From Lama glama (lineage: Eukaryota), in assembly GCA_028534125.1 (NCBI GenBank), contig CM052837.1, forward strand, positions 35,960,001-36,024,000: 64,000 bases of DNA, written 5' to 3'. Positions 49,670-61,622 of this stretch are shown here, piece after piece. The notes beneath the pieces were generated by a model, which made no database searches, was not told the DNA's origin, and saw only the letters and a list, made by a program, of their open reading frames with translations. Made by a program: the position numbers and the translations under genes. The first letter of the stretch is position 1, and each line of letters starts with the position of its first letter.

Positions 49670-50500
49670 GTCCCTGCTCACATGGAAGCTGAAGGATCCC
49701 GCCCAAGCCTGAGCCAGGTCACATCACAGGTCAGACCCAGCACTGTGGAGCGTCCACATCTCACTCAAAGCAGAGTAAGGTCTTGCAGCAGCCGCTCCTC
49801 TCACCACCCACCCTTCTGCTCTTGCTGTCACCCTGTCCCAGCCGCCTCTCCGGGGCTGTTGCCTAGTCCAGGCTCTGTTCCCGCCTTACGATCTTTGACC
49901 CCACTGTTCCCACTGCCTGGAATGCCCTTCCTCCTCATATCCACCTGCTTACCTTCACCTTCTTCCAACTCCTTCACCTCCTTCTAACGTTGTCTGACTC
50001 TCCCTGTACTTGGGCTGCCCTGGCGGAGCCTGGCGAGCTGAGCAGCTCAAACAACAGAAACGCATTGTCTCACAGTTCTGGACGCTGGACATCAAGGTCA
50101 AGGCCTCGTTTCTTCTGCGGCCTCTCTCCTTGGCGGGTAGATGGCCGTCTCCTCCCTGTGTCCTCACATCATCTTTCTTCTGTGTGTGCCGTGCCCTGAT
50201 CTCCTCTCCTTATAAGGACACCAATCAGACTGGACTAGGACATACTCATGTGACTTTACTTAGCCTTAGTCTCCTCTTTAGAGAGGCTGTCTCCAAACAC
50301 AGTCACATCTTGTGGTCCTGGGGGAATTTGGACTTCGACGTATGGATCTGAGGGGACACAGTTCACCGCACACCTCCCTCTGAGGTCGGCTCTGACCACC
50401 CTGTTTACTCAGCAGCCCATCTCCTCACCACAGTGTTCTGGATTTCTCATTCTGTTCTTTCCCACTTGGCGCCGCCCTTTGCTGACATTCTACAGGATGT
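49670..50500 (+). mobile_element. L2 LINE fragment interrupted by MLT1A
   Basis: 'ctgttcccactgcctggaatgcccttcc...ccttcacctccttc' left of the LTR, resuming 'ctccctctgaggtcggctctgaccaccctgttta' right of it. Confidence 0.7.
50005..50372 (-). mobile_element. MLT1A/MLT1A0 MaLR solo LTR
   Basis: TG...CA termini; 'aaacaacagaaacgcattgtctcacagttctgga...ctcctctccttataaggacaccaatcag...ggggacacagttca'; near-TSD ctccc on both sides. Confidence 0.92.
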
Positions 50501-50502
50501 AC

Positions 50503-51861
50503 CAGCACTTCTGCAATCTTTTGATCTTCAGGCTCTTTTATTTTTAAAAATTATTGAAGACCCAAAGAGCTTTTGTGCATACAGGTGAAATCTTTCCACA
50601 TTCACCACAGTAAACCTTCAAACCAAGACATCTGAAAACTAGTCATTGATTAATTCATTTAACAATAAGAATATTAACCCATTGCATGTTAACATAAATA
50701 ACATATTTTATGAAAACTAACCGTATCTTGCAAAAGCAAAACCAAATTAATGAGAAGAGTGGCAATGTTTTACTTTTTTGCAAGTCTGTTCAGTGTCTGA
50801 TTTAACAGGAGACTGCTGGACTCTGCTGCTGCTTTCACTCTGTTGTGATATGTTGTTTGGGTTAAAAAATGTATGAAATGATTTAGCCTCACTCGGATGT
50901 GTATATGAAAAGGGGAAGGTATTTGAATCACTTCAGATAATGGTGGATACTCTTCTTTGATATTATACCAAAAGTTGATGTGTTCATTTCTTAAAGGTTA
51001 ATTACAATATGGAAGCAGAAACTGCCTCACTGAACTTTTCATACTCTGTTACATTGAAGCTGGTTGGCCTGTCTTGTGCTCTGAATGAGTCTTTAACCCA
51101 CGCATAACTCCGTAACATCATGGCTTCATCTTTTGAAATTGTTGGTTTTCAGAGTTATGTACCTCTTCAAATATACGCTATTTTAAAAATCACGTTTGTT
51201 AATATCACCACCAGTCTCATCTGAGAAGTCTTTAATTATTGAAAAGCTGTCAAGCTCACAATGGCAGACACGAAGTTTCTGAAACCCTGATTTTTACTTG
51301 AAAGAGCTCTGATTTTATCCTTGGCGACAAATGTTCAGTTGTTTTCCTCGAAGTGGCAGACTCGCTCTGTTCATTTTCAAGCAAACGTCCGCCAGACACT
51401 CAAATGTGGCTCCCTGTGGCTTGCTGCCAGTTGGTCTTTTAAGTAATAATAACTTCCACGAACAAGGTGGCTAGTTCAGCTGGCAACTCACACGAGTGCT
51501 TCACATCAACACAACCGCTTTCCATGTCTGTATTTTTCAACCCAAACAACGCATCGCAGCAGAGTGGGCACAGAAGCAGAGTGCAGCCGCCTGCTGTTAG
51601 GCCAGGCGCTGTTTTCTTCATCTGTGCTCCCCCTTTCGTCACGCTGAATAATAAAAGGAGTGTGTTCGAGAGTCACAATTTAACAAAACTAATTTTGACT
51701 GCTTCTTCTTCATCAAGGACATTTTTAGGGAAGTGACTTTTTCCACAGTGAAGGCTCGGTGGTGAAGGATGGGGCAACTGCTGATCACCCTGGTCCTTGC
51801 TAAGACACCCACTGTTTTACCCTCAGGACCAGAGTCACCACAGTGAAAAAGGCAAAGGGTA
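50503..51861 (-). mobile_element. Charlie1a-type hAT transposon (decayed partial transposase)
   Basis: 'aaaaattattgaagacccaaagagctttt', 'tgttaacataaataacatatttt', 'gttaatatcaccaccagtctcatc', 'ggctagttcagct', 'catcaaggacatt', 'cacagtgaaaaaggcaaa' are all collinear with reverse Charlie1a. Its missing end may lie at about 53310-53380. Confidence 0.92.
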
Positions 51862-53301
51862 TCTTTTTATCAGCTTTATTAAAGTAAAATTCACATACCA
51901 CAAAAATTTACCCTTTCGAAGTATGAAATTCAGAGTTTTTAACACATGCACAGAGTTGTGCAGCCATCATCAACGTCATTTGAGAACCTTCTCACACCCC
52001 AAAATAAACCCCATGTGCATTAGCGAGTCGCTGCCCTTTCCGCTCCTCGCCGCCCCCACACTGTATGCGTGGACACACGTGTGCATGCACACGCACACAC
52101 ACACACACCCCCTAGACAGCCAATCGGCAGTGCATTTTCTGTCTCTGTAGATGCCCCTATTCTGGATGCTTTGTGTAAATGCAGGCACGGCATCCGTGGT
52201 CTTCAGTGACTGGTGGCTTTCAGTTCGCATGCTGTTTCAAGGCTCATGCACACTGGAGCACCTATCAGTAGTTCGTTCTTTTTTATTGCAGACTAGTATT
52301 TCATAGTATCATGTCACAGCAGAATAATGGCCCCACACAAAGTTCACCTCCTAACCCAGGAACCTGTGAATGTGTCACCTTAAGTGGCAGAGGGGACTCT
52401 GTAGATGTGATGCAGTGAAGGACCTTGAGATGGGAGGTGATCCTGGATTATCCAGCAGGCCCAGTGCCATCACAGGGGTCCTTACATAAGAAGGACACCA
52501 GAGGTCAGAATCAGAGGTAGAGGGTGACGGGGATGCAGAGGGCAGGGTGATGTGGCACCAGGAGCCAGGCAATGCAGGTGACCTCCAGAAGCTGGAAAGG
52601 GCAAGGAAACAGTCTCTCTTGAGCCTCCAGGACACAGCTCTGCTGACCCACCTCAGGTTCTGGCCTAGGGGACACTGATAACTCTGTGTTGTTTGAAGCC
52701 ACCAAGCGCGTGGAGGCTTAGTACAGCAGAGCTCTGACCCAGTGCGTGTGGATCTGTCATGTGTTGTTTGTCGGTTCTTCCGCTGGTGGACGTCTGGGTT
52801 GCTTCCACCTTTTGGCTGTCATGAATAGTGCTGCTAGGGGCATTTGTGTGCAGTTTTTGTTGGGACGTACAGGTTCCAGGCTTTGGCGTGTGTACGAGGA
52901 GTGAAGTTCCTGAGTCGTATGGTAACCCCATGTGTAACCTGTCGAAGGACTGCCGAATTATCTCCCAAAGCAGCCGCGCCGCTGTGCAGCCACCAGCAAT
53001 GTGTCAGGGCTCTAATTCATCCACATGCTTCACCAACGCTGTTGTCCCTAGTAGGGGCGAGGTGGTGTCTCCCCATGGCTTTGATTTCCTTTGGCTGCGA
53101 TGAGTCTGTGAGAATGACGTTGAGCATCCTTCCGTGTGCTCATTGGCCATTTGGGTCTCTTCTTTGGAGAAATGTCTGTTCAAGTCTCTTGCTCATTTTC
53201 AATTGGATTATTCATCTTTTTGTTGTTGAGCTGTAACAGTTCTCTGTACATTCTGGATCCAGCTCCTTTATCAGACGTGTCATTTTTACATATTTTCTCC
53301 C
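51862..53301 (-). mobile_element. L1MB-family 3' end plus ORF2 tail, split by an MLT1 LTR
   Basis: 'cagctttattaaagtaaaattcacatacca...acagagttgtgcagccatca' and, after the LTR, 'tgggttgcttccaccttttggct...gctcattggccattt...tctttggagaaatgtctgttcaagtc'. Confidence 0.92.
52312..52741 (+). mobile_element. MLT1C/D MaLR solo LTR nested in L1MB
   Basis: 'tgtcacagcagaataatggcccc...ggaacctgtgaatgtgtcacctta...aaggaccttgagatggga...ccagaagctggaaagggcaaggaaacag'. Confidence 0.92.
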
Positions 53302-56300
53302 CGAGGCTCAGGCCTCTGATCTCTGAATGGTGGGGTAGGGAGGGGTCCCCAGGCCTCTAGGCCACTCTGGCCTGGACCAGCCCTTCCGCAACCCAGAGCT
53401 CGGGGGCGTGAGAAACGCAGGAGACCTGCTTCTCCCAGGGAAGTCCCGCTGCCCTAAATGGGGAGCTGGAGGGAGGGAGCCCCATCTTCTCGGCCACACC
53501 ACACGGAGCATACTTGTCCTCACACAGACGGGGGCGGGCGGGGGGGAGCAGTCATGGCTCAGACGCCCAGACACACGCCGTTCCTCCCGAGATCGACTGC
53601 ATTGCCCTGGATGAGGGTTTCCCCACTTGCTCTGTGCTCTCAGGACAGTTCCCAGGGATGTTAAATGCTTGTTTTTTTTAAATAACTTTTACCAGTTCCG
53701 TTTGTTTCACTGGGGAAGGAGATGTGCACGTCCTCACGCCTTCATTCCAGAGCTCTATGGGAACATCACCTTAATTTTATTATAAAAATTGTCAGACACA
53801 GCAGAGCCCCCGAAAGGGTTCCAAGAACAGCTGTGAAATCACGTGCCGTCCAGCGCAGGTCTCCCGGTCAGAACAGAAGCACCGAGGGCTCGTGTGCTGT
53901 TTGCCAATGTCTCTCCAGCACACGGCAGACACTCGGGTTTTACTGAAGGAAGGGATTAATTGTCCGATGGCACTTGGAGATGCAGGCTCAGAGGTCAGAA
54001 GAGCAGGCTAGGTTCGGGGTGGATGTGTGGACCATCTTCAGGGCTGGGGCGTGCCACCCTGGGGGAGCCAGGACCCACGGGCACCGAGAGGAGGGCCCGA
54101 GCACACAGGTTGCCTGCCCCAAGGTTCCAGCATCCATCTCAAGTGACCGCCCCATCACTGCCCCAGAAGGAAAGGGTGTTGCCTGTGCACCTGCTCACCG
54201 CCAGTAGCGGCAGGAATTCCCAAAACGGCACGTCACCTGTGCAGTGAAGGCACTCAGGGGCCCTCCCAGCCCTGTACATCTCCTGTGTCATCCACCACGC
54301 TGGACGCCGAGGACTGGACACCCCGGAAGGAAGAGTCAGTGTGCTGCTTCAGTAAGGGAGCTAGAGGCTGGTGCCAGCTTTCAAACACAGCCCGTGTCAG
54401 CCGAGCTCTGGGTCCCCAGGCCAACCACACGGACACCCGTGGAGGTCAAGTCGATGTCACCAAACCGTAGACACCGTCCGTCTTCAAGACAGAGGAATAG
54501 AATAAAGTTAACAGCAAATATCTGAAGATGTTACATTCACTTTCTCACTATCCTCCGTGTGGTCATCTATCCATCCATCCATCCATTCACCTAGTATTTA
54601 TTGAGTCCCTGCTTTATGGCCGCCCCCACCATTCAGTGACTGTCACTGGGCCCGTGCTGCACACGAGGAAATGGGCTCAAAGAGGTCAGCAACGTGTCTG
54701 AGCCCCCCCCCCCACGAGATCACCACTAGGAAAGCCAGATGCCATCAGCAGCCTAAAGGCGCTGAGGACTTGACCAGCCCTGGCTGCAGCGTCTGGGCAC
54801 GTCCGCACGTGGCCCCCCCACCAGGTCCTGCACATGGGTAGGACATGATTCTGGGCAGCCTCAGCCCCTGTCCTGAGTGTCGAGTCTCCTTAAAGCCACC
54901 GGAAGTTCCAGAGGCAGTGTCACTCGCACTGAGCATGCACGGTGGGGCCACCTTTGCGGGGCTCCCTGAGCTGCCTGCATTGACCGGGGAGCCCCTTCCC
55001 CACCGAGGGGCCCGAGAAGGGAGGAGGGGGCTTGTGACGACCTGCTGAGTTGTGGGAACCCTGCCGTCCCTCCTTCACGTCCCGTAGAACAAGCAGCAAG
55101 AGCTACTCTGAAGGAGCTAGCCGCTTTTCTTGTAGGAAGATGTTTTTATTGATTCTTTGCTGTGGAAAAGCATTAGGTGAGGTTCCTCGGCGCCGTGCAG
55201 AGTGGAAGATGCGGCGCTCATCTAGATTCCGGAGGTGCCCGCGGCCATCTCAGCTGCGCGGTGCACCGTGCGCCGCGCAGCGCTGCCACGTGGACTAATT
55301 CCATCGGCCGCGTTTCAGGAGCTCGATGGTGGGAAAGAGTGACTTTTCGGGGACAGGGCTCTGCCTCTAACTTGCGGAGGCGGCCATGGGCTTGGGCGGC
55401 GAGAATGTTTCCCATAATGGCTTCCCATAAAACCCTCCCCCATGTAACGTCGGCCCATAAAAATTCAATCTCTGTTGGCTCAGGGCAAGGAGAGGCCACT
55501 CGCTCCCCAGCAGGATGTGTGAGCGCGTCGGGGAGTGGTCCTCCGGGAAAACATGGGCTCTCTCTCACAGCGATAGCCCCGGAGCAAACACATCCGTCAG
55601 CACAAGGAGAAGTTTGACCGGGGTGGGTTGGGAAATCTCCAGGGGCCAGAATGGCATTAGGCACTGGGATAAAGTAGCTCTGATCTCAGCCTCCTCTAAA
55701 ATTCTTTCCACTCCCCCCGATTACCTCGCGCCACCATAAAGCAAAGGTATCCAAGGTGTACGTACGGACCGGCGACAGGGGCTCCTCGCAGGCGCCCCCG
55801 GCGGCCCCAGGAAGGGCACTCCCTGGAATTCCACCCCGAGGCTGACACACCCCCGCGCGGCGTGCTGACTGGAGGGGCGCCCTGGCCCCGCGGCCGCACT
55901 AGCAGTGGCCGGTCCTGTGGCTCCTGGGCTGCAGCAGGGTCCCCCCACAGGAAGCCCAGTCTACGCCGACGCCCTAGCGTCCACACAAGGGGGTGGCTGG
56001 AGGAGGAGAGGTGGCGGTCGTGCTGACAAAACCAGTAGCTAACGTTTAATTGAAGTCATTTACCCTTGGACATGAAAACGTTAACTATGTAAACATTTCC
56101 TGGGTCAGGGCACCAGCTCTGGTCTGGGTCTGGGGACGAGGTCCCGGGAACTCTCTCATTTAATGATGACAGCGGGTCACGTTCCCGACGGGGATGGTGA
56201 GTCCCCAGTGGGGCCACCAGGCTCCCCACCCCCCCCACCGCCTCCTGAGCTCTCCCACCCCCAGCTGCCTTCCCCCGCCGCCTCCTCCACACTCTCCCAC

Positions 56301-58789
56301 CCTGGACGGCTGCACGTCTGGTTCTGAGGCCTTTGGTGCCCTTGATCCTGCTGGCGGACGTGCGGTTATGTTGAAATGTGGTTGTCAAAGCATGAAAGAC
56401 GAATCCGTGACGTAGAAGCACATGCTGTTATTAACGTGTAAGCGACAACATCCAGTCGTGGGCCCGGCACAGGCTGAAACTTCCCAGTGGTGCCGACCGT
56501 CGGCGCCCTTTCGGGCCATCCACGCCGCAGTGCGTGAGGCCCACGCGCATGAAGGAGGGGAATGCTGAGTGGGGAGGGGAGTGGTCTGCTGGTGTGTGCC
56601 CCACATTCACGACCCGAGATGACCCCCTCGCCTTCTGTGCTCCCGAGGCGGCTTCACGCAAGGGCTGCTCCGAGCTGGGGACCTGCCTCCTGGCACCACT
56701 CGATGCGAGGACGCCACTGCCTCTCTCATCCTGTGCCATCAGGAAACCAGCTGCTGGGGTCTCTCCAGGCCCCGCTCCCACCGCCCACCGTGGCTCACCC
56801 ACCCTTTCCATGCCTGCCACCAGCCCCTCTTGTCCCTTCCCAGCCAGGCCATGCAGCTCCCCCAGAACCTGAGCCTCCACTGTTGCCCCAGGAACCCCTG
56901 CTGGTCTCACCACACCCCCCAAAACTCTCCCACCCCAGGACCCCAGGACTGCAGGAGAAGACACTTCTTTCTTCCGTCCCGAGGCTGCCTCGGGTCTGGA
57001 GCTTCAATACCTCCCTCCTGCTGGACCCGACTTTCCTCGGAGTGGAAGAAGGGGACTGAGTACCCAGGGCGGGAGGGATGACCCCTCGGCCACTGGGCAG
57101 CAAGGCGAGAAGGGCTTTTGTGCAGACACCGGTCAGGAGGCCCATGCAGAGTCCATGCACGGCACTCCGGCCCCTGTAGAATGGGCTGGGATCTGCGCAT
57201 CTGTGCCTCGGGCAGGTGGCGGCTGCAGCGAGGTCGGGGCTGCAGAGGTCGGAACATCGGGCGTGTCCCTCAGCTTCCTCCCTCGGCACCGGGGCGATCC
57301 CCACTGCAGGGCGGCCAAAATGTCCAGCAGCTCCTGCAGGTTATGGCGGCCAGCGTTCTCCCCGGGGGGTGGGTCATTGAACGGATTGCCCGCTAACGCC
57401 TGTTCTGGGTACTGGCTATTCTTAGGACCCTGTGCCTGTGGTTCCAGAAGCTTCCACCAGACTTTGGCGATAGAAAGGGTCAGAGAAGCATCTCGGGGCC
57501 CAAGAGCACACACTTGGAGCCCGGCTGGGGGCAGGGAGACACTTAGGAGTGCGACCCCCCTTCCATCTCAGCACCGTCACTCAGATGCCCTCTTCCTCTT
57601 TTTGTTCTAGTCCATCCCTCAGGGACTGTTACTTAGATCAGGCTCCAGCCCAGCAGTATTTGGACCCGAGGACCCAGCAGGAGGCTGAGACGGTGCTTCC
57701 TGGGCTCTGGGCAGTGACCAAGGGGGGCAGGAGCAGGTGGCCGGGCCAGGGCAGCTGTGCTGTGCGCTAGGGCTGCGGGCTCCCCTGTCCCTGCGGGGGC
57801 GCACACATCCACTGACCCGCTCTAGGCCCCGCCCTTCTCTTCAGAGCTGAGAAATCACTGAACGCGCCAGCACCCTGTACGGTGAGCCCAGCAGGTGCAG
57901 GGTAAGGGCTGTGGAGAGGTCTCCCCTCCTCATCCTCCCGAGGAGCTGCCACATACTAAGTGGACAACCCGACCTGAGCCCACCCTGACCCAGGCAGGGC
58001 AGGTGTGCAGCACGGGGTGGGGGGGCGCCACGCTCAGAAACCCTGTGCGCAGCCCCCCCGGTTCAGGAACTTGCTGCAAGGGACTGCGGGCCGCGCTTTC
58101 CCTCGAAGACGAGAGCCTCCTGTGAGTGCAAGCCGTGAACTGTTGAGAGGCAGAAACGGAGAAGCATCTAGAGTCTCCTCTGTGCCCCTCCTTGAACTAC
58201 CACGGCCATGCGGCTCTTCCTCCCTCCGCCCTCCCCCTTCCCTCCCCGACACCTCCCCTCCCCGCTGCCGGGTGATGCTGAACCCGCCCTGGTGCTGCAC
58301 GTGTGACTCAGGAGCCGCCTTTCACCGCCTGCGCGTTGCTCAGGAAACAGGCAGGAAGGCGTCCCCGCCCCAGGACAGAGGCTCAGCCTCTCCGGAGGGA
58401 CACCACCGGGCGGAGTTGAAGTGACAGGTGCTCGGTTTTAATGCCTGGGGAAGTGTGAAGGCTTTATTATAACTGAGGAGTGCTTTCTATTTGAACAGAC
58501 TGTCTATCAGGACCGTGTGTCAAAACCGGGCGCTCCCAGAATTTTGCCAGGAATATGGGGAGACGTAAGGACGCGGCCCAGGCGTGGGGTGCACGGTGCG
58601 GGAGCGGCGGGGGCGTGGCCCCAGGCAGCAGTCGCCTGAAACCACAAGGGCTATGTCACGTCATTTAATGTTTAGAAGAATGCTGTGGTGGAGGAGTGTG
58701 ACAGTTTCCGCCGACGTCCCCGGATTCTTCGCCTTCCACATTGAGGGCACGTGGCGCTTCCTGGCGCAGGGAGGACGCGTCTTCAGACA

Positions 58790-58970
58790 GCTCGGGGCCG
58801 TGTGGTGGGTGGGGTCGCAGGCTTCAGTGCCAGGCAGGGTGCTTCCACGCTTGGCCACAGGGCCTTGGGCTGAGCCTCAGGTTCCCCATTTTAAACCATT
58901 CTGAGGGTTAAATAAGACAGCAGGTCACGCAGGAAAAGCCTTAGGTGCTTAAAAAGCCTCAGGGAGTGTT
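58790..58970 (+). mobile_element. MIR fragment
   Basis: 'ccttgggctgagcctcaggttccccattttaaa...gagggttaaataaga...aaagcctta'. Confidence 0.6.
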
Positions 58971-58971
58971 C

Positions 58972-59061
58972 GTATATACGTGTGGGAGTGCTCACACATC
59001 CACACGTGTGCGCGCGCATGCACATACACGTGCACGTGGGCACACACGCACGCACGCACAC
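58972..59061. repeat. Short alternating purine-pyrimidine (CA/CG/TG) tract
   Basis: 'cacacgtgtgcgcgcgcatgcacatacacgtgcacgtg...cacacacgcacgcacgcacac'. Confidence 0.85.
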
Positions 59062-60248
59062 TGCAGAGTATTTTTAAAGTCCAGCCAGAAGCGGCCGCAG
59101 TCCTGGCCCGCCGCAGCCCCATAGAGACGGCTGCTCAATGGTCAGCTCCCAACCCGCTGTGCTGGTGGCACTGCTTTTTTCCCAATTAACTCTTGTGTCC
59201 AAAGCCAAGAATACAGTGTTTTAAGCCCCGGAACAAGAATCCTGAGACAGTGACCGCCTCGGAGTGAGAGGCCGAGAGCTTCTGTGGAGGATGAGCTGCA
59301 AACATAATCATTGTGTCCGCCCGCGGCTGGCGCGCTCCTCTCTGCACCTAACGAGCCCTTCTGGACGTTGACACTGATCTCCGGTGAGTTACTGACACTG
59401 CCATGCAGCTCCGTCTTTGCACCAGGAGCACAGGGCCCACCCCGGGAGCTCTCTGGCAGCTGAAGAAATGCTTCTCTGGCCTCTGCTCTGGACAAGCCCC
59501 TGGGCGGGAGCCTGACCGTGAGCCATGAGCGCCAAGTCTCAAAAAAGAAGCAGCCCGGCGCTCCGTGGGTGGAGACCGAGGGGCAGTGAGAGGAGCCCTT
59601 GTGTTCTTCCTGACGCTCCGCTTCCCACACACACCAGAGCACACGCACACGTGCCCCGATGCACACACGCATAGATTTTTTATTACTGTTTTTTGCACAA
59701 GGCATTTGACAAATGGCTGCTCCCCGACCGGCAGCCACGGTAATGGGCTCATTAGGAGTTCCTGCTGAACGTTGCTGTGGGCATCACTTCAGGAGAAACA
59801 GGACTAAGCAGGGATGCGTGTGTAACTGGGGGAGGCAGATGGGGGAGGAGGGGTCTGGCCCTGAAAGGACAGGTCTCGTGACCCTTGTGGTCGGGGCTGG
59901 GCTCAGGCTTGCTGCATCCTGAGTGAAATTCCAGGGTTTTGTGTGAACACGTGGAAGGCCGGGGCGTAACTGGTCCCTGTTTTTACGTCTCCATGAAACG
60001 CATGTCCACACGTTTGGGAAGACAGCAGCTGTGAGGTTAGGTGATGAGCCTGAGTGACAGTGACTGGAAGTGATGAGTCCTGCCCACCCCTGGGCGAGGG
60101 TCAGTCGTGAGGGGCTGCCCCTGAGGGGAGCCGGTTTTTGATGAAGGAAGGCCTTGGGGAGCAAGGGTGACGAGGGTCCCTCCATGAAGACAGGACAAAC
60201 TCTGCTGCCCACTGGATGGTGTGAGCTGTCGTTAATGCCGGGCTCTGT

Positions 60249-60718
60249 CACACACACAGATTCACACATGCACACACGTGCACATGCGCACACATACACA
60301 TGCATACATGCACACATAGTGCACACATATGCAGCATACACATGTACATGCACATATGCACTGCGCATACACGTGTACACGCAAGCACGTGTGCATGCAT
60401 ACATATGTGCACTGTGTTGCAGTGCGATGCACACATGTACACACATGTGTGCATATGCATACACATACAAGCACACATTCACATGTGCACGCATGCGTAT
60501 GCGTGCGTGCAAGTGCACTGTGCACATGCAAGCACACACATGCATATGCATACACATATACAAACACATGCACACGCTGCATATTCATGTGCACACATGT
60601 GTGCACACACATATGCAACGTACAATACACATGCATATGCATGTGCACATGTACACATTCATGTGTGCACACGTGTGTGTGCACGCATGTACACACACAT
60701 ATGCACGCACATGCACAC
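60249..60718. repeat. About 470-bp degenerate (CA/TG/TA)n alternating purine-pyrimidine repeat
   Basis: Almost uninterrupted RY alternation built from caca, catg, tgca and tata units. Confidence 0.95.
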
Positions 60719-61264
60719 CTTTCCCTCACCAGCCTCCCTTTCCTCTGTCACCTCTCTCCCAGGGAACAGTAATCAAGATGCCATTAGGACTTATTACCTG
60801 ACAGGCTCTGCCCCCAGGTTAGAGGTTTTGCACATAAATAAAGCATCACTGCACCACCTTGACGCGATCCCTGTACAGAGGGGGATCAGCACGTGACCTG
60901 AGTGAAGAGAGATGCCCAGGCGCGCCAGCGCTGCAGAGATACAGCAGGGAGCAGGGCAGACGAAGGAGTGGACCTGCCCGCCAGTGTGAGGAGGGGGCCC
61001 AGGAGGATGTGCCCGGACATCCTGTGGACCTGGACCCACCGCTGGTAAGGGGAGGGGAGTCCGGCCATGGTGGTCCCACTGGCCCCGAGGACAGGTGGGC
61101 CCATGATGCACCTGTGTGCACTGTTTGCACACAGAGGCCAGAACTGCCGGCGTGCATGGTGGGCACAGCTGCCCGCCCAGTGCCTGAGGGCCAGACCGAG
61201 ATGGAAAATGTCAGAGAGCAGCGTGAAGTTTGCCTGCTCTCCGTGGCTCGCAGTCCGTCCACTT

Positions 61265-61385
61265 GGTATGTTATCTTCCCCGACCCACCCCGTCTCTGTG
61301 GGGAAGGCCTTCCGTGTCCGTTTGGCAGGTGAGGAAACAAGCCCAAAAGACAGACGGAGCGGACGGACCTAGACCAACAGTGACC
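61265..61385 (-). mobile_element. MIR fragment
   Basis: 'ccgtttggcaggtgaggaaacaagcccaaaaga'. Confidence 0.55.
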
Positions 61386-61449
61386 GTGACAGCAAGGGCC
61401 ATGTCTGCCTGTGATGCCTGAGTCCAGCGGTCTGCGAAGGGCCTGGCCC

Positions 61450-61622
61450 GCCCTCATTCTCTCAACAACCCTAGCATGGATGGGCACTGCTGTAGCCCCA
61501 TCCTATAGAAGACAGGAGTGAGGCACAGAGAGGCTGCGTAGCTCGCCCAGAGTCACACAGCGGTGAAAGTCAGGGAGGCGGGATTGGCCCCCAGGCCTAC
61601 CTGGCTGCAGAGCTTACCTCTT
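61450..61622 (-). mobile_element. MIR SINE
   Basis: 'tctcaacaaccct...ccccatcctatagaag...tgaggcacagagagg...cgcccagagtcacacagc...gggattggcccccaggc'. Confidence 0.8.

Noticed and set aside
50760-51800. Charlie transposase as an intact or domesticated gene
   Set aside because: No long ORF; multiple indels and an internal inverted insertion.
59784-60896. Long Cys/His/Val/Thr-rich ORFs on both strands
   Set aside because: They are translations of the (CA/TG)n repeat, not zinc-finger or metallothionein genes.
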